A stretch of 64,000 bases of DNA from an uncultured Clostridia bacterium (GTDB lineage: Bacteria; Bacillota; Clostridia; TANB77; CAG-508). Shown piece after piece: positions 46,690 through 56,732 of the stretch. The notes under the pieces were generated by a model, which made no database searches, was not told the origin of the DNA, and worked only from the letters and a program-made list of their open reading frames with translations. The position numbers were made by a program, and so were the translations under genes. The stretch's first letter is position 1. Each line of letters begins with the position of its first letter. Where the stretch lies: assembly GCA_948524275.1 (NCBI GenBank), contig CAOSLI010000001.1:329198-393197 (forward strand). Direction: 5' to 3'.

Positions 46690-47829
46690 ATGATTAAAAA
46701 AGTTGCAATATTAGCAAATGGTGGAGATGTAGCAGGACTTAATCCAGTTATAAGAGCAATAATGAGGACTGCACAAACTAATGGAATAGAATGCTATGGA
46801 TTTATAGATGGATATAAGGGTTTACTTGAAAATAATTTTATAAGATTAGATGGAAATAGGTTAGCTGATGGAATTCTGCCAAAAGGAGGTTCTATTATTG
46901 GTTCTTCAACCAATACTATTGTATTTAATTATAAGGTAACAAACCCAGATGGAACAGTAGAATATAAAGACCTATCTGATTTATGTGTAGAAAATGTAAA
47001 AAAGGATGAATTTGATTGTGTATTTACACTTGGTGGAGATAGTACACAAAAGTCTGCAAGAGACTTATATATTAAGGGTATAAATACAATAGGTGTTCCA
47101 AAAACAATAGATAATGATGTTGCTTGTACTGATATAACATTTGGGTATAATACTGCAGTATCAGTTGCGGCAGAAGCATTAGATAGACTTCATACAACAG
47201 CAGAAACTCATCACAGAATAATGTGTTTAGAGGTAATGGGAAGATATGCAGGCTGGATTGCTCTTGAGTCAGCAATAGCAGGTGGAGCAGATGCTGCATT
47301 AATTCCAGAGATTCCATATGATATAAACAAAGTAGCTGAAAGTATAAATAAAAGAATTGCAAGAGGAAAACAATTTAGTGTTGTGGTTGTATCAGAAGGT
47401 GCAGCACCAAAGGATGGTGAGGCGTCTACTTTCACATCTGATGTAGATAGTAAATCAGGTATATCAGTCAAATTTGCAGGTGCAGGTGATAAAGTTTCAA
47501 AAGAGCTTCAAAAATTAACTGGATTAGAATCGAGATGTACAACATTAGGATATATGCAAAGAGGTGGCACACCAACAGCATATGATAGAGTGCTTTCTAC
47601 TAAATATGGGGCTAAAGCAATGGAACTTGCAATGGAAGGAAAATTTGGAGTCTTAACTGTTATAAAAGATGGAAAATTAGATTATGTCTCACTAGAAGAT
47701 GTTGTAGGAAATAATAAGAAATTAGGAGAAGTACAAGGTGGTACAGAGGATAGTAATGTTAGATTAGTTACAATGGATCATGAACTTGTAAAAACGGCAA
47801 GAGATATAGGAATATGCTTAGGAGATTAG
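46690..47829 (+). CDS. pfkA: 6-phosphofructokinase (PFK-A family; PKTIDND variant)
   Basis: KVAILANGGDVAGLNPVIRAI, TLGGDST, PKTIDNDV, MGRYAG, GY.QRGG motifs. Confidence 0.8.
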   Translation: MIKKVAILANGGDVAGLNPVIRAIMRTAQTNGIECYGFIDGYKGLLENNFIRLDGNRLADGILPKGGSIIGSSTNTIVFNYKVTNPDGTVEYKDLSDLCVENVKKDEFDCVFTLGGDSTQKSARDLYIKGINTIGVPKTIDNDVACTDITFGYNTAVSVAAEALDRLHTTAETHHRIMCLEVMGRYAGWIALESAIAGGADAALIPEIPYDINKVAESINKRIARGKQFSVVVVSEGAAPKDGEASTFTSDVDSKSGISVKFAGAGDKVSKELQKLTGLESRCTTLGYMQRGGTPTAYDRVLSTKYGAKAMELAMEGKFGVLTVIKDGKLDYVSLEDVVGNNKKLGEVQGGTEDSNVRLVTMDHELVKTARDIGICLGD

Positions 47830-47842
47830 AGAGGAAAATATA

Positions 47843-49543
47843 ATGAATTTCAAACAAGTAATTGCAGAAAATATTTCAAAAATAACTGAATTAGATAAAG
47901 AAGAAATAGAAGGATTTATAGAAATTCCAAAAGACGATGGAAATGGAGACTTTGCATTTCCTTGTTTTAGGCTTGCAAAGACTCTAAAAAAAGCACCTAA
48001 TATAATTGCAGAAGAATTAAAAAATGCCATTGAAACTAATGATATAATGGAAAAAATAGAAGCATTAAATGGATACTTAAATTTCTACATTACTAAATCA
48101 GAGATAGTCAAAACAGCAGTAGAGAAGTTTGATGCAAAAAAAGAAACTTATGGTTCATCAGATATAGGAAATGGAAAGACAGTTTTGGTAGAATATTCAT
48201 CACCTAATATTGCAAAACCATTTCACATAGGACATTTAAAGACTACTATAATAGGGCATTCTTTATACAACATATATAAATTTTTGGGATTTGATACAAT
48301 AGGACTAAATCATTTAGGTGATTATGGAACTCAATTTGCTAAACTAATTGAAGCATATAAAAGATGGGGCGATGAATACAATATTGAAGAAAATCCAATA
48401 GAAAAAATGTCACAAATGTATATTAGAATAAATGCTCTTTGTGAAGAGGATGAAAGTGTACTTGAAGAATGTAGAGAAACATTTAAAAAGCTAGAAGATG
48501 GAGACGAGTATTGCACAAAAATATGGAATAAATTTAAAGAACTTAGCCTTGTAGAATTTAAGAAAATATATGATTTACTAGGGGTAGATTTTGATTCATA
48601 TAATGGTGAAGCATTTTATTCAGATAAGATGGATGAAGTTATAAGACTACTTGAAAAGTCAGGAAAACTCACAGAATCACAAGGTGCAAAAGTTGTTGAT
48701 CTTGCAGACAAAGGGATAAAAGCACCATGTATAATTCAAAAGGCAAATGGCTCATCAATCTATGCGACAAGAGATTTAGCAGCTATTCTTTATAGAACAA
48801 AAACATATGATTTTGATAAATGTTTATATGTTGTTGCTGAAGAACAAAATTTACATTTTAAGCAAATATTTGAAGTAGCTAAATATCTTGGAATAGATGA
48901 AAAATATACTAATGGATTAGAACATATAAGCTATGGAATGATAAGGCTTCCTGAAGGGAAAATGTCATCTCGTAAGGGAAATTTCATTAAAGTAGAAGAC
49001 TTACTTGAAGAATCAATATCAAAAGTAAAAGACATAATGAAAGATAGAGACATAGAAAATAAAGATGAAGTTGCAAAACAAGTTGGAATTGGTGCTGTTA
49101 TATTTGAAGATTTAGCAGAATCAAGAATAAAAAATCAAGTGTTTGATTTAAATGAAGCACTAAATTTTAATGGAGAAACTGGACCATATGTACAATATAT
49201 GACGGTCAGAACTAAGAGTGTACTTGAAAAAGCAGGATATATACCAAGTATATATGATATAAATTTTAAAAGTTTAACAGATGACTCAAGTATTAGATTA
49301 GTAAAGATAATTGATAATTTTGAAAAGATTATTATAGACGCTATGCACAAAAACGAGCCATCTATAATTGCTAGATATGTGATTGATTTAGCTGAAAGTT
49401 ATAGCACCTTTTATAATGAAAACAAAATACTTACAGATGTTAAGGAAGAACAAGACGCAAGGATTTATCTTACATATATGGCTAAAATCACACTAACAAA
49501 CGGACTACATCTACTTGGAATTGAAGTACCTGATAAGATGTAA
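47843..49543 (+). CDS. argS: Arginine--tRNA ligase
   Basis: 566 aa; class I HIGH-type PNIAKPFHIGHL, KMSSR(K) motif, C-terminal DALR anticodon-binding domain. Confidence 0.9.
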   Translation: MNFKQVIAENISKITELDKEEIEGFIEIPKDDGNGDFAFPCFRLAKTLKKAPNIIAEELKNAIETNDIMEKIEALNGYLNFYITKSEIVKTAVEKFDAKKETYGSSDIGNGKTVLVEYSSPNIAKPFHIGHLKTTIIGHSLYNIYKFLGFDTIGLNHLGDYGTQFAKLIEAYKRWGDEYNIEENPIEKMSQMYIRINALCEEDESVLEECRETFKKLEDGDEYCTKIWNKFKELSLVEFKKIYDLLGVDFDSYNGEAFYSDKMDEVIRLLEKSGKLTESQGAKVVDLADKGIKAPCIIQKANGSSIYATRDLAAILYRTKTYDFDKCLYVVAEEQNLHFKQIFEVAKYLGIDEKYTNGLEHISYGMIRLPEGKMSSRKGNFIKVEDLLEESISKVKDIMKDRDIENKDEVAKQVGIGAVIFEDLAESRIKNQVFDLNEALNFNGETGPYVQYMTVRTKSVLEKAGYIPSIYDINFKSLTDDSSIRLVKIIDNFEKIIIDAMHKNEPSIIARYVIDLAESYSTFYNENKILTDVKEEQDARIYLTYMAKITLTNGLHLLGIEVPDKM

Positions 49544-49545
49544 AA

Positions 49546-49617
49546 TCAACCAAGGGGACGGGCCTTTTGGTCGACCAAAAAGTACGTCCCTGTGGTCGAC
49601 CAGGGGGACACCCCTTT
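49546..49617. repeat. GC-rich palindromic intergenic repeat, copy 3
   Basis: TCAACCAAGGGGACGGGCCTTTTGGTCGACCAAAAAGTACGTCCCTGTGGTCGACCAGGGGGACACCCCTTT; about 90% identical to reverse complement of copy 4. Confidence 0.85.
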
Positions 49618-49643
49618 AAAAATAAAAAGGAAAGATTGCAAAT

Positions 49644-50108
49644 ATGAAAAAAGTTATGTTTATATCAAGTAATGGTGGACATTTAAATGAACTAATGCAG
49701 CTGAATTTTGAAGATTTTGATTATTCGATTGTTACTGAGAAAACCCAATCTGACAAAGATTTAAAAGATAAATATCAAGGTAAAGTTTACTACTTAGCTT
49801 ATGGAACGAGAAGGACACCAATAACATATTTCTTTATATTACTTTTTAACTTTTTCAAAAGTTTATACTTATTTATAAAGTTAAGACCAAATGTTGTTGT
49901 TACAACAGGAACCCATACAGCAGTTCCTATGTGCTATATTGCTAAACTTTTTAGGGCAAAAGTAATATGGATAGAGACTTTTGCAAATAGGACAAGCAAA
50001 ACATTAGCTGGAAGATTAGTTTATCCAATTGCTGACACTTTTGTAGTTCAATGGGAGGAAATGCTAAAGTTGTATCCAAAGGCTAAGTATTGGGGTTGGA
50101 TATATTAA
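49644..50108 (+). CDS. Alg14-like/Cps14F-like glycosyltransferase membrane subunit
   Basis: 154 aa; FISSNGGHLNELMQL, TTGTHTAVPMC, ETFANRTS, matching the PssD/Cps14F/Alg14 family. Confidence 0.65.
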   Translation: MKKVMFISSNGGHLNELMQLNFEDFDYSIVTEKTQSDKDLKDKYQGKVYYLAYGTRRTPITYFFILLFNFFKSLYLFIKLRPNVVVTTGTHTAVPMCYIAKLFRAKVIWIETFANRTSKTLAGRLVYPIADTFVVQWEEMLKLYPKAKYWGWIY

Positions 50109-50129
50109 TAAAAAAGGAGACGAAATAAA

Positions 50130-50594
50130 TTGATATTTGTAACACTTGGGACACAAGATAAACAATTTAAAAGGCTTCTAGATGCAGTTGATAAACTTGA
50201 GACTGATGAAAAGATTATAGCACAGATAGGTTCAACGGATTTTTCATCAGCTAAAATGGAAATATATAAATATATGACAATAGATGAATTTACAAAATAT
50301 ATGAATGAGGCAAGGGTTGTAATTACTCATGCGGGTGTTGGCACAATAATTATGGGGCTTAAACTTCATAAAAAGATGATTGTTGCTGCAAGAAGAAAAG
50401 AATTTAAAGAGCATGTAAACGACCATCAAATGCAGATATTAGAAAATTTTGCAGAAGAGGGGTACATACTACCACTCACGGAATTGGATGATTTAGCAGA
50501 GTTGATAGACAAAGATTTTTCACCCAAAGAATATACTTCTAATAGAGATGAATTTGTAAAAAAGTTAAATGATGAAATTGAGGGTATAAAATGA
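50130..50594 (+). CDS. Alg13-like/Cps14G-like glycosyltransferase catalytic subunit (GT28 C-terminal domain)
   Basis: TTG start after AAAGGAG; MIFVTLGTQDKQFKRLL ... VITHAGVGTIIMGL. Confidence 0.65.
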   Translation: MIFVTLGTQDKQFKRLLDAVDKLETDEKIIAQIGSTDFSSAKMEIYKYMTIDEFTKYMNEARVVITHAGVGTIIMGLKLHKKMIVAARRKEFKEHVNDHQMQILENFAEEGYILPLTELDDLAELIDKDFSPKEYTSNRDEFVKKLNDEIEGIK

Positions 50595-52027
50595 ACCAAA
50601 GAAACCAATTAGTAAAAAATACAATGATAATTGCAATTGGAAAACTTAGTACACAAATAATATCATATTTACTATTACCACTTTACACTTATAAATTGGC
50701 TCCAGCTGAGTTTGGAATATATGATTTTGTTTGTACTTTGTCATTGTTTTTGTGCCCTATAATTACTCTTCTTATGGAAGAATCGATGTTTAGATTTTTA
50801 ATAGATGCAACATCGAAAATGCAGGAAAGAAAAGTAATTAGCCAGACGATAATTTATATAATATTCGGCACGGCAATGTTTATACCGATAGCCTTTTTAG
50901 CTTTAAAATTTGGAGCTAAATATTCTCCAATGCTGATATTTGCTGTTATAAGTTTTGTAATATCAAACATAATGATAGGACTAAGTAACAGTTTAGCAAG
51001 AGGGTTGAGCAAACTAAAATTATACTCATTTTCTAATTTTATTTTAGGAATTGGAACAATCATATTAAATATAATATTTATTGTAGGATTAAATTCAGGA
51101 GCAGAGGGACTTTTATGGGCAAATACGATTGCAAATATTCTGACAGCTATAGTAATATTTGCTAAATTAAAATTATGGAGATATATTGGAAAATTTAATA
51201 AAGGTTTAATGAAAAAGATGGTTAGGTATTCAGTACCACTTGTTCCTAACAGCATTTCATGGAGCATTATCAATATGTCTGATAGAATATTTTTAACACA
51301 AATAATTGGCTCCGCAGCCAATGGAATATATGCAATGGCTAATAGATTTCCAAACATAATAAATGTAGTGTATGGATATTTTAACACAGCATGGAAAGAG
51401 TCAGCCGCAAGAATAATAAAAGACGAAAATAAGAATAAATATTATAATAGTATTTATCATGATACTAAAAGATTTTTATATGCTGTGACGATTTGCCTTA
51501 TAGCAGTTATGCCATTTATTTTCCCTATACTTATCAACAAATCGTATGATGAAGCATATATTTATATACCAATTGTTATGATAGCTACATATTATTCAAA
51601 TCTATCAAGCTATTTTGGAGGAATTTTCTCAGCTTATAAAGATACAAAAATAATGGGAACAACTACATTAGTTGCAGCTGCGATAAATTTAATTATAGAT
51701 TTAATATTAATAAAGCAATTTAAAATATATGCTGCATGTATATCTACTTTAGTTGCAGACTTAATTGTATATTTCTATAGAAGAAAAAAGCTGAAAAAAT
51801 ATATAAAATTAAAAGAACTTAAATGGCAAGGTCCTACAATTATTATGATAATTGTATGCTTATGCTATTATACAAAATATATAGAAGGAGTTCCGACTGC
51901 ATTGTATTGGATATTAAATGTAATTTCACTTGTAATTGCAGTTGGCTATAGTATTGCAAATAACTATAACATAGTAAAATCATTGATAAGTAAAACAAAG
52001 GGGATTTTCAAAAAGAGAGGAGAATAA
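50591..52027 (+). CDS. Polysaccharide biosynthesis/oligosaccharide flippase (Wzx-like MOP superfamily)
   Basis: 478 aa, 12-14 predicted TM helices; 4-nt overlap with upstream gene. Confidence 0.6.
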   Translation: MNQRNQLVKNTMIIAIGKLSTQIISYLLLPLYTYKLAPAEFGIYDFVCTLSLFLCPIITLLMEESMFRFLIDATSKMQERKVISQTIIYIIFGTAMFIPIAFLALKFGAKYSPMLIFAVISFVISNIMIGLSNSLARGLSKLKLYSFSNFILGIGTIILNIIFIVGLNSGAEGLLWANTIANILTAIVIFAKLKLWRYIGKFNKGLMKKMVRYSVPLVPNSISWSIINMSDRIFLTQIIGSAANGIYAMANRFPNIINVVYGYFNTAWKESAARIIKDENKNKYYNSIYHDTKRFLYAVTICLIAVMPFIFPILINKSYDEAYIYIPIVMIATYYSNLSSYFGGIFSAYKDTKIMGTTTLVAAAINLIIDLILIKQFKIYAACISTLVADLIVYFYRRKKLKKYIKLKELKWQGPTIIMIIVCLCYYTKYIEGVPTALYWILNVISLVIAVGYSIANNYNIVKSLISKTKGIFKKRGE

Positions 52028-52031
52028 CAAT

Positions 52032-53393
52032 ATGAAATATTTTGGAACAGATGGAATTAGAAGAATAGCAAATACAGAGCTTACACCAGAGCTAGTATAT
52101 AGAGTTGCTAAAGCAGGTGCTTATGTCTTAGCGAAGCATAGCAATCATGCGCCTACAATTCTTATAGGAAGGGATACTAGAATATCAGGAACGTTAATTG
52201 AAAGCGCTATGACAGCAGGATTTTTAAGCTATGGTGCAAATGTAAAATTAGTAGGGGTAATACCAACACCAGGTGTTGCATATTTGACAAAAAAATTAAA
52301 GGCAGATGCAAGTGTTGTAATATCAGCATCACATAATGCTTATGATTTTAATGGTGTAAAATATTTTAGCAACCTGGGAATGAAGATTCCAGATGAAGTT
52401 GAAGCAGAAATAGAGGAAGTACTTGATTCTGATAAACTAGGTGGGTTTGCAGCGCCAAGTAGTGAAATAGGAGTATCAGAGATTAGAGAAGATTTGTTAG
52501 ATGAATACTTATATTTTTTCAGAAAGAATTTCGAAGATACATTCGAAAAAATAAATAATGATAATTTTGTTGTTGCTATTGATACAGCCAATGGAGCAAC
52601 ATCAGTTATTGCAGATAAAGTATTTACAGCTCTCGGAATAAGACATTACATAATCAACAATACGCCAAATGGTGTTAATATAAATGCAAATTGTGGCTCT
52701 ACACATCTTGATATGTTAAAGAAATTTGTTGTAGCAAATCACTGCAATCTAGGGATCGCTTATGATGGTGATGGTGATAGATGTCTAGCAATAGATGAAA
52801 ATGGTAACTTAATAGATGGTGATATTATTATGGCCATAATTGCTAAATATTTAAAAGAACAGGGAAAACTTAAAAATAACACATTGGTCGCAACAGTAAT
52901 GAGTAATTTGGGACTAAGAAAATTTTGCCAAAACAATGATATAGAATTTAAAGCAACTAAAGTTGGAGATAGATATGTTTTAGAAGAAATGCTTAAAAGT
53001 GGTGACAATATAGGAGGAGAACAATCAGGACATATCATATTCTTAGATTATAATCCAACAGGAGATGGTATCTTAACATCACTAATGCTTCTAATGGTTG
53101 CTTTGGAGAAGAATCAAAGTATATCAGAACTTGCTAAGATAATAAAAATATACCCACAAGTTTTAATAAACGCAAAAGTTTCAAACGACAAAAAATACGA
53201 TTATGACAAAGACGAAGAAATAAAAAATGCTATCCAAAAACTAGAAGAAGAATTTTCTGGAAATGGTAGAGTTCTAATTAGAGCCTCTGGAACAGAACCA
53301 TTAGTTAGAGTTATGATAGAGGGGGAAGACCAGGAATATATTACAGCAAAGGCAAAAGAAGTGGCAGAATTAATTGAAAAGAACTGTAACTAG
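52032..53393 (+). CDS. glmM: Phosphoglucosamine mutase
   Basis: MKYFGTDGIRRIAN, active-site SASHNAYDFNGVKYF, GGEQSGHIIF. Confidence 0.85.
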   Translation: MKYFGTDGIRRIANTELTPELVYRVAKAGAYVLAKHSNHAPTILIGRDTRISGTLIESAMTAGFLSYGANVKLVGVIPTPGVAYLTKKLKADASVVISASHNAYDFNGVKYFSNLGMKIPDEVEAEIEEVLDSDKLGGFAAPSSEIGVSEIREDLLDEYLYFFRKNFEDTFEKINNDNFVVAIDTANGATSVIADKVFTALGIRHYIINNTPNGVNINANCGSTHLDMLKKFVVANHCNLGIAYDGDGDRCLAIDENGNLIDGDIIMAIIAKYLKEQGKLKNNTLVATVMSNLGLRKFCQNNDIEFKATKVGDRYVLEEMLKSGDNIGGEQSGHIIFLDYNPTGDGILTSLMLLMVALEKNQSISELAKIIKIYPQVLINAKVSNDKKYDYDKDEEIKNAIQKLEEEFSGNGRVLIRASGTEPLVRVMIEGEDQEYITAKAKEVAELIEKNCN

Positions 53394-53501
53394 ATTGGGA
53401 CCAAATGTAACAAAAATGTAATATAAACTTAACTAAAAATATATTGTATTATGTCAAAAAAAAGAGTATGATATATTTATCAAACAAAGGAGGAAATAAT
53501 T

Positions 53502-53885
53502 ATGCCAATTATTGATTTTACACAGCCATTATATTTAATAGCAGCTGTTACATTATTCTTATTATGTTTATATTTAGCAAGAAATAATAAGACAAATACT
53601 GTACCTTGTATAATGTTGTTTAGTTTTTTAACGATATTAGTAGGACACACAATAGAACTTGTAAATGGAGGAACTGTTTCAACTTTAGCAACATGCATTG
53701 TAGTTGATGAAGCATTTACATTTGTATCTTTCTTAACATTCCTTTGGTTAGATAGAATTCAAGTTGAAGAAAAGAAGAAAGCGTCTAAAGGAAAAAAGAA
53801 ATCTACCAAAAAGGACAAAAAAGAAAAATTAGATGATGTAGTTATCGAAGATGATGGTTTGGATATTTTATGGAAAAAAGTATAA
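53502..53885 (+). CDS. Small membrane protein with Lys-rich C-terminal tail
   Basis: 127 aa; three hydrophobic helices then KKKASKGKKKSTKKDKKEK. Confidence 0.4.
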   Translation: MPIIDFTQPLYLIAAVTLFLLCLYLARNNKTNTVPCIMLFSFLTILVGHTIELVNGGTVSTLATCIVVDEAFTFVSFLTFLWLDRIQVEEKKKASKGKKKSTKKDKKEKLDDVVIEDDGLDILWKKV

Positions 53886-54000
53886 TAAAGTAAACATAAA
53901 GTAGATTAACTATTTAAAGTAATAATAAAATGGAACTTGAATAATAATCTTCGAGTTCCATTTTTGAAATTTAAAATTAAAGAAAAAGGAGGAACTAAAT

Positions 54001-54927
54001 ATGTTAGTTACAACAAAAGAGATGTTTAAGAAATCAATAGAGGAGAAGTTTGCAATAGGTGCATTTAACATTAATAATATGGAATTTGTACAAGCAATAA
54101 TGGATGCAGCAGCTGAAGAAGATTCACCTGTAATTTTACAAACATCTGCAAGTGCACTTAAATATGCAAGAATACCATATCTGAAAAAAATGATAGAAGC
54201 AGGATTAGAAGAACATGATATTCCTGTGGCACTACATTTGGATCATGGACCAGATTTTGAAACATGTAAGATGTGTATAGATAATGGATATACATCAGTT
54301 ATGTTTGATGGTTCTAAATATGATTTTGAAGAAAATATTGCTTTAACAAAGAAAGTTGTAGATTATGCACATTCACATGGAGTTGTTGTTGAAGCAGAGC
54401 TTGGAAAATTAGCAGGAATTGAAGACGATGTTAATGTTGCAGAAGAAGATAGCATGTATACAGATCCAGAGCAAGCACTTGAGTTTGTACAGAAAACAGG
54501 ATGCGATTCATTAGCAATAGCAATAGGAACCAGCCATGGTGCTTATAAATTTAAAGGAGAAGCTAAACTTAGATTTGATATATTAGAAAAGATTAAATCA
54601 TTGATACCTAATGTACCAATTGTCTTGCATGGAGCTTCAACTGTAATTCCTGAATATGTAGAAATGTGTAATAAATATGGTGGTAGTATGCCAGGTGCAA
54701 AAGGCGTACCAGATGAAATGCTTCATGAAGCAAGCAAACGTGGTGTGTCAAAAATAAATGTAGATACTGACTTAAGATTAGCAATGACAGCAGGAATTCG
54801 CAAAATATTTGTAGAAAATCCAGAAGTATTTGATCCAAGAAAATATTTAGGACTTGGAAGAGACTATATTAAAGACACTGTAAGACATAAAATAAAAGAT
54901 GTATTTGAAAGCAATGGAAAAGCTTAA
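54001..54927 (+). CDS. fba: Class II fructose-1,6-bisphosphate aldolase
   Basis: AIGAFNINNMEFVQAIMDAA, LHLDHG, HGASTV motifs. Confidence 0.9.
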   Translation: MLVTTKEMFKKSIEEKFAIGAFNINNMEFVQAIMDAAAEEDSPVILQTSASALKYARIPYLKKMIEAGLEEHDIPVALHLDHGPDFETCKMCIDNGYTSVMFDGSKYDFEENIALTKKVVDYAHSHGVVVEAELGKLAGIEDDVNVAEEDSMYTDPEQALEFVQKTGCDSLAIAIGTSHGAYKFKGEAKLRFDILEKIKSLIPNVPIVLHGASTVIPEYVEMCNKYGGSMPGAKGVPDEMLHEASKRGVSKINVDTDLRLAMTAGIRKIFVENPEVFDPRKYLGLGRDYIKDTVRHKIKDVFESNGKA

Positions 54928-54963
54928 ATAAAATTCTATTAATATTATAAATTGTAGATATCT

Positions 54964-55010
54964 CAATGGATTTATGTAATTTACATAAATTTCATTGGGA
55001 TATTTTTTGT
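54964..55010 (+). terminator. Intrinsic terminator after fba
   Basis: CAATGGATTTATGTAA-TT-TACATAAATTTCATTG then GGATATTTTTTG. Confidence 0.7.
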
Positions 55011-55164
55011 GGCTTGTATAATAAAAGTTAAAATGTAAAAAATATAAATGTGACGAAAAAAGTAATATTCTGTCTTATATGAATATATTTTGTGTAGAAT
55101 AATAAATTCTATACAATAAAAATTAAATTTTTGTGCTAAGCAAAAATAGAAAGGAGCATAAGTG

Positions 55165-55641
55165 ATGAGAAAGACTATTTTTTTAACAATATTAACTATA
55201 TTATGTTTCGCTTTATTAAGTACTATTTCTTCTAATAGTCAAGCAACTGCAAGACAAGTTGGAAATGATATTGCTACAACAGCTGAAGACATGGGAGATG
55301 GAATGCGTCAAATGGGAAATGGAATCGTTAATGGTGTACAAAACGGAGCAGGAATGGTTAGAGATGGTGGAAATCATATAGTTAATGGTGTAGATACTGC
55401 AATAGATAGAACAGAGAACGGTGTAAGAACTGCAGGAGAAGATGCTAAAAATCAAACTCAAACAATGACAAATGGGAATAATCTATCTAATAATAATTGG
55501 CAATCAGCTACATTTTTAGGAATTAGCATGTCTATTTGGATGTGGATTATACTAATAATAGTTATAATTATAATAATAGTACTAATTTGCAAATATATGA
55601 AAGATCATGATGATAATAGACATGATAGAGACGATGACTAA
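55165..55641 (+). CDS. Repetitive small membrane-anchored protein (NG(I/V)VNGV repeats, His/Asp-rich tail)
   Basis: Signal peptide; repeats DGMRQMGNGIVNGVQNGAGMVRDGGNHIVNGVDTAIDRTENGVRTAG; C-terminal TM helix then HDDNRHDRDDD. Confidence 0.45.
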   Translation: MRKTIFLTILTILCFALLSTISSNSQATARQVGNDIATTAEDMGDGMRQMGNGIVNGVQNGAGMVRDGGNHIVNGVDTAIDRTENGVRTAGEDAKNQTQTMTNGNNLSNNNWQSATFLGISMSIWMWIILIIVIIIIIVLICKYMKDHDDNRHDRDDD

Positions 55642-55767
55642 GATTTATATAAAAATACCCTACTATAATAAATTTATAGTTAAAGGGTATTTCTTTTGCA
55701 AAAATTGTGTTATACTTATATATGGTTTTAATATAACTATTTGTAAGAAAGGAACAGCTATTAAAAT

Positions 55768-56226
55768 ATGAATAAAGATACTGTGATTGCCAAGAATCCA
55801 ACAGCATATCATAATTATGAGATAATAGATACGATAGAGGCTGGAATTGTACTTTATGGTACAGAGATAAAATCAATAAGAGCGGGAAAAGTAAATTTTA
55901 AAGATAGTTATGCAGTGATCGAAAAAAGCGGAGAAGTCTTTGTATATTCAATGCATATAAGTCCATATGACCATGGAAATATATATAACAAAGATCCAAT
56001 GAGACCGAAAAAATTATTGTTAAATAAATCTGAAATACATAAACTTGTTGGAATGACAACATTAAAGGGATATACATTAGTTCCAACTAAAATGTATTTT
56101 AAGGGTAATTTTATAAAATTGGAAATAGGCATTGGAAAAGGCAAAAAACTATTTGATAAAAGGGAAGATTTGAAAAAGAAAGAAGCAGATAGAAAAATTG
56201 AAAGGTATATGAAATCTAATAATTAA
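55768..56226 (+). CDS. smpB: SsrA-binding protein SmpB
   Basis: IAKNPTAYHNYEIIDTIEAGIVLYGTEIKSIRAGK..., 152 aa. Confidence 0.9.
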   Translation: MNKDTVIAKNPTAYHNYEIIDTIEAGIVLYGTEIKSIRAGKVNFKDSYAVIEKSGEVFVYSMHISPYDHGNIYNKDPMRPKKLLLNKSEIHKLVGMTTLKGYTLVPTKMYFKGNFIKLEIGIGKGKKLFDKREDLKKKEADRKIERYMKSNN

Positions 56227-56252
56227 AAAGGCACATATATGTGCCTTTTTGT
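56226..56252 (+). terminator. Intrinsic terminator after smpB (bidirectional)
   Basis: AAAAAGGCACATATATGTGCCTTTTT. Confidence 0.8.
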
Positions 56253-56265
56253 ATAAGTGATATAT

Positions 56266-56583
56266 TTAGCGTTTTAATCTGATTAAAATTGCTATAGCAA
56301 GTAGAATTATAACAAGTCCAATTGCAATTAATAAGATATCAAGTATAGTATTAATTCCAAAAGTAGAATTATGACTATCTTCAACATTTTCTATAGTTGA
56401 TGAGATAGAAGCTGACGTTATAGTAGTATTACTAGATGTTACGCTAGTCTGAGTAGAGTTTTCTATAGCATTAGCTTCTCTTGATAAATTCATGTTGATA
56501 CCTGCAGCAAATACACTATTTTGTATAGCTAATAAAACTACAAATAATATAGTAAAAACTAGACTTTTCTTTAAATTAAACAT
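56266..56583 (-). CDS. Small secreted/membrane-anchored Ser/Thr-rich protein
   Basis: Start taken at ATG 56583 (MFNLKKSLVFTILFVVLLAI signal peptide) 7 nt after AGGAGG. It has a T/S-rich middle and a C-terminal TM LDILLIAIGLVIILLAIAILIRLKR. The ORF track extends further upstream without an RBS. Confidence 0.45.
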   Translation of the reverse strand: MFNLKKSLVFTILFVVLLAIQNSVFAAGINMNLSREANAIENSTQTSVTSSNTTITSASISSTIENVEDSHNSTFGINTILDILLIAIGLVIILLAIAILIRLKR

Positions 56584-56732
56584 TTCTTTAGGCCTCCTAA
56601 ATTTATTCTTAAGTTTTATGTATTTATAATAATATACTTTGAAAAAAATGTCTAGTGTTTTTTTAATATTTTGTTGAAACAAAAATACCAAAAGATTATA
56701 ATAACATATATAAAATAAATTAGGAGTCAAAA

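Noticed and set aside
47830-47842. T-box leaders upstream of argS and glyQS
   Set aside because: Intergenic spaces are only 13 nt (argS) and 86 nt (glyQS), too short for a T-box riboswitch, and no specifier/T-box sequence (AATTAGGGTGGTACCGCG-like) is present
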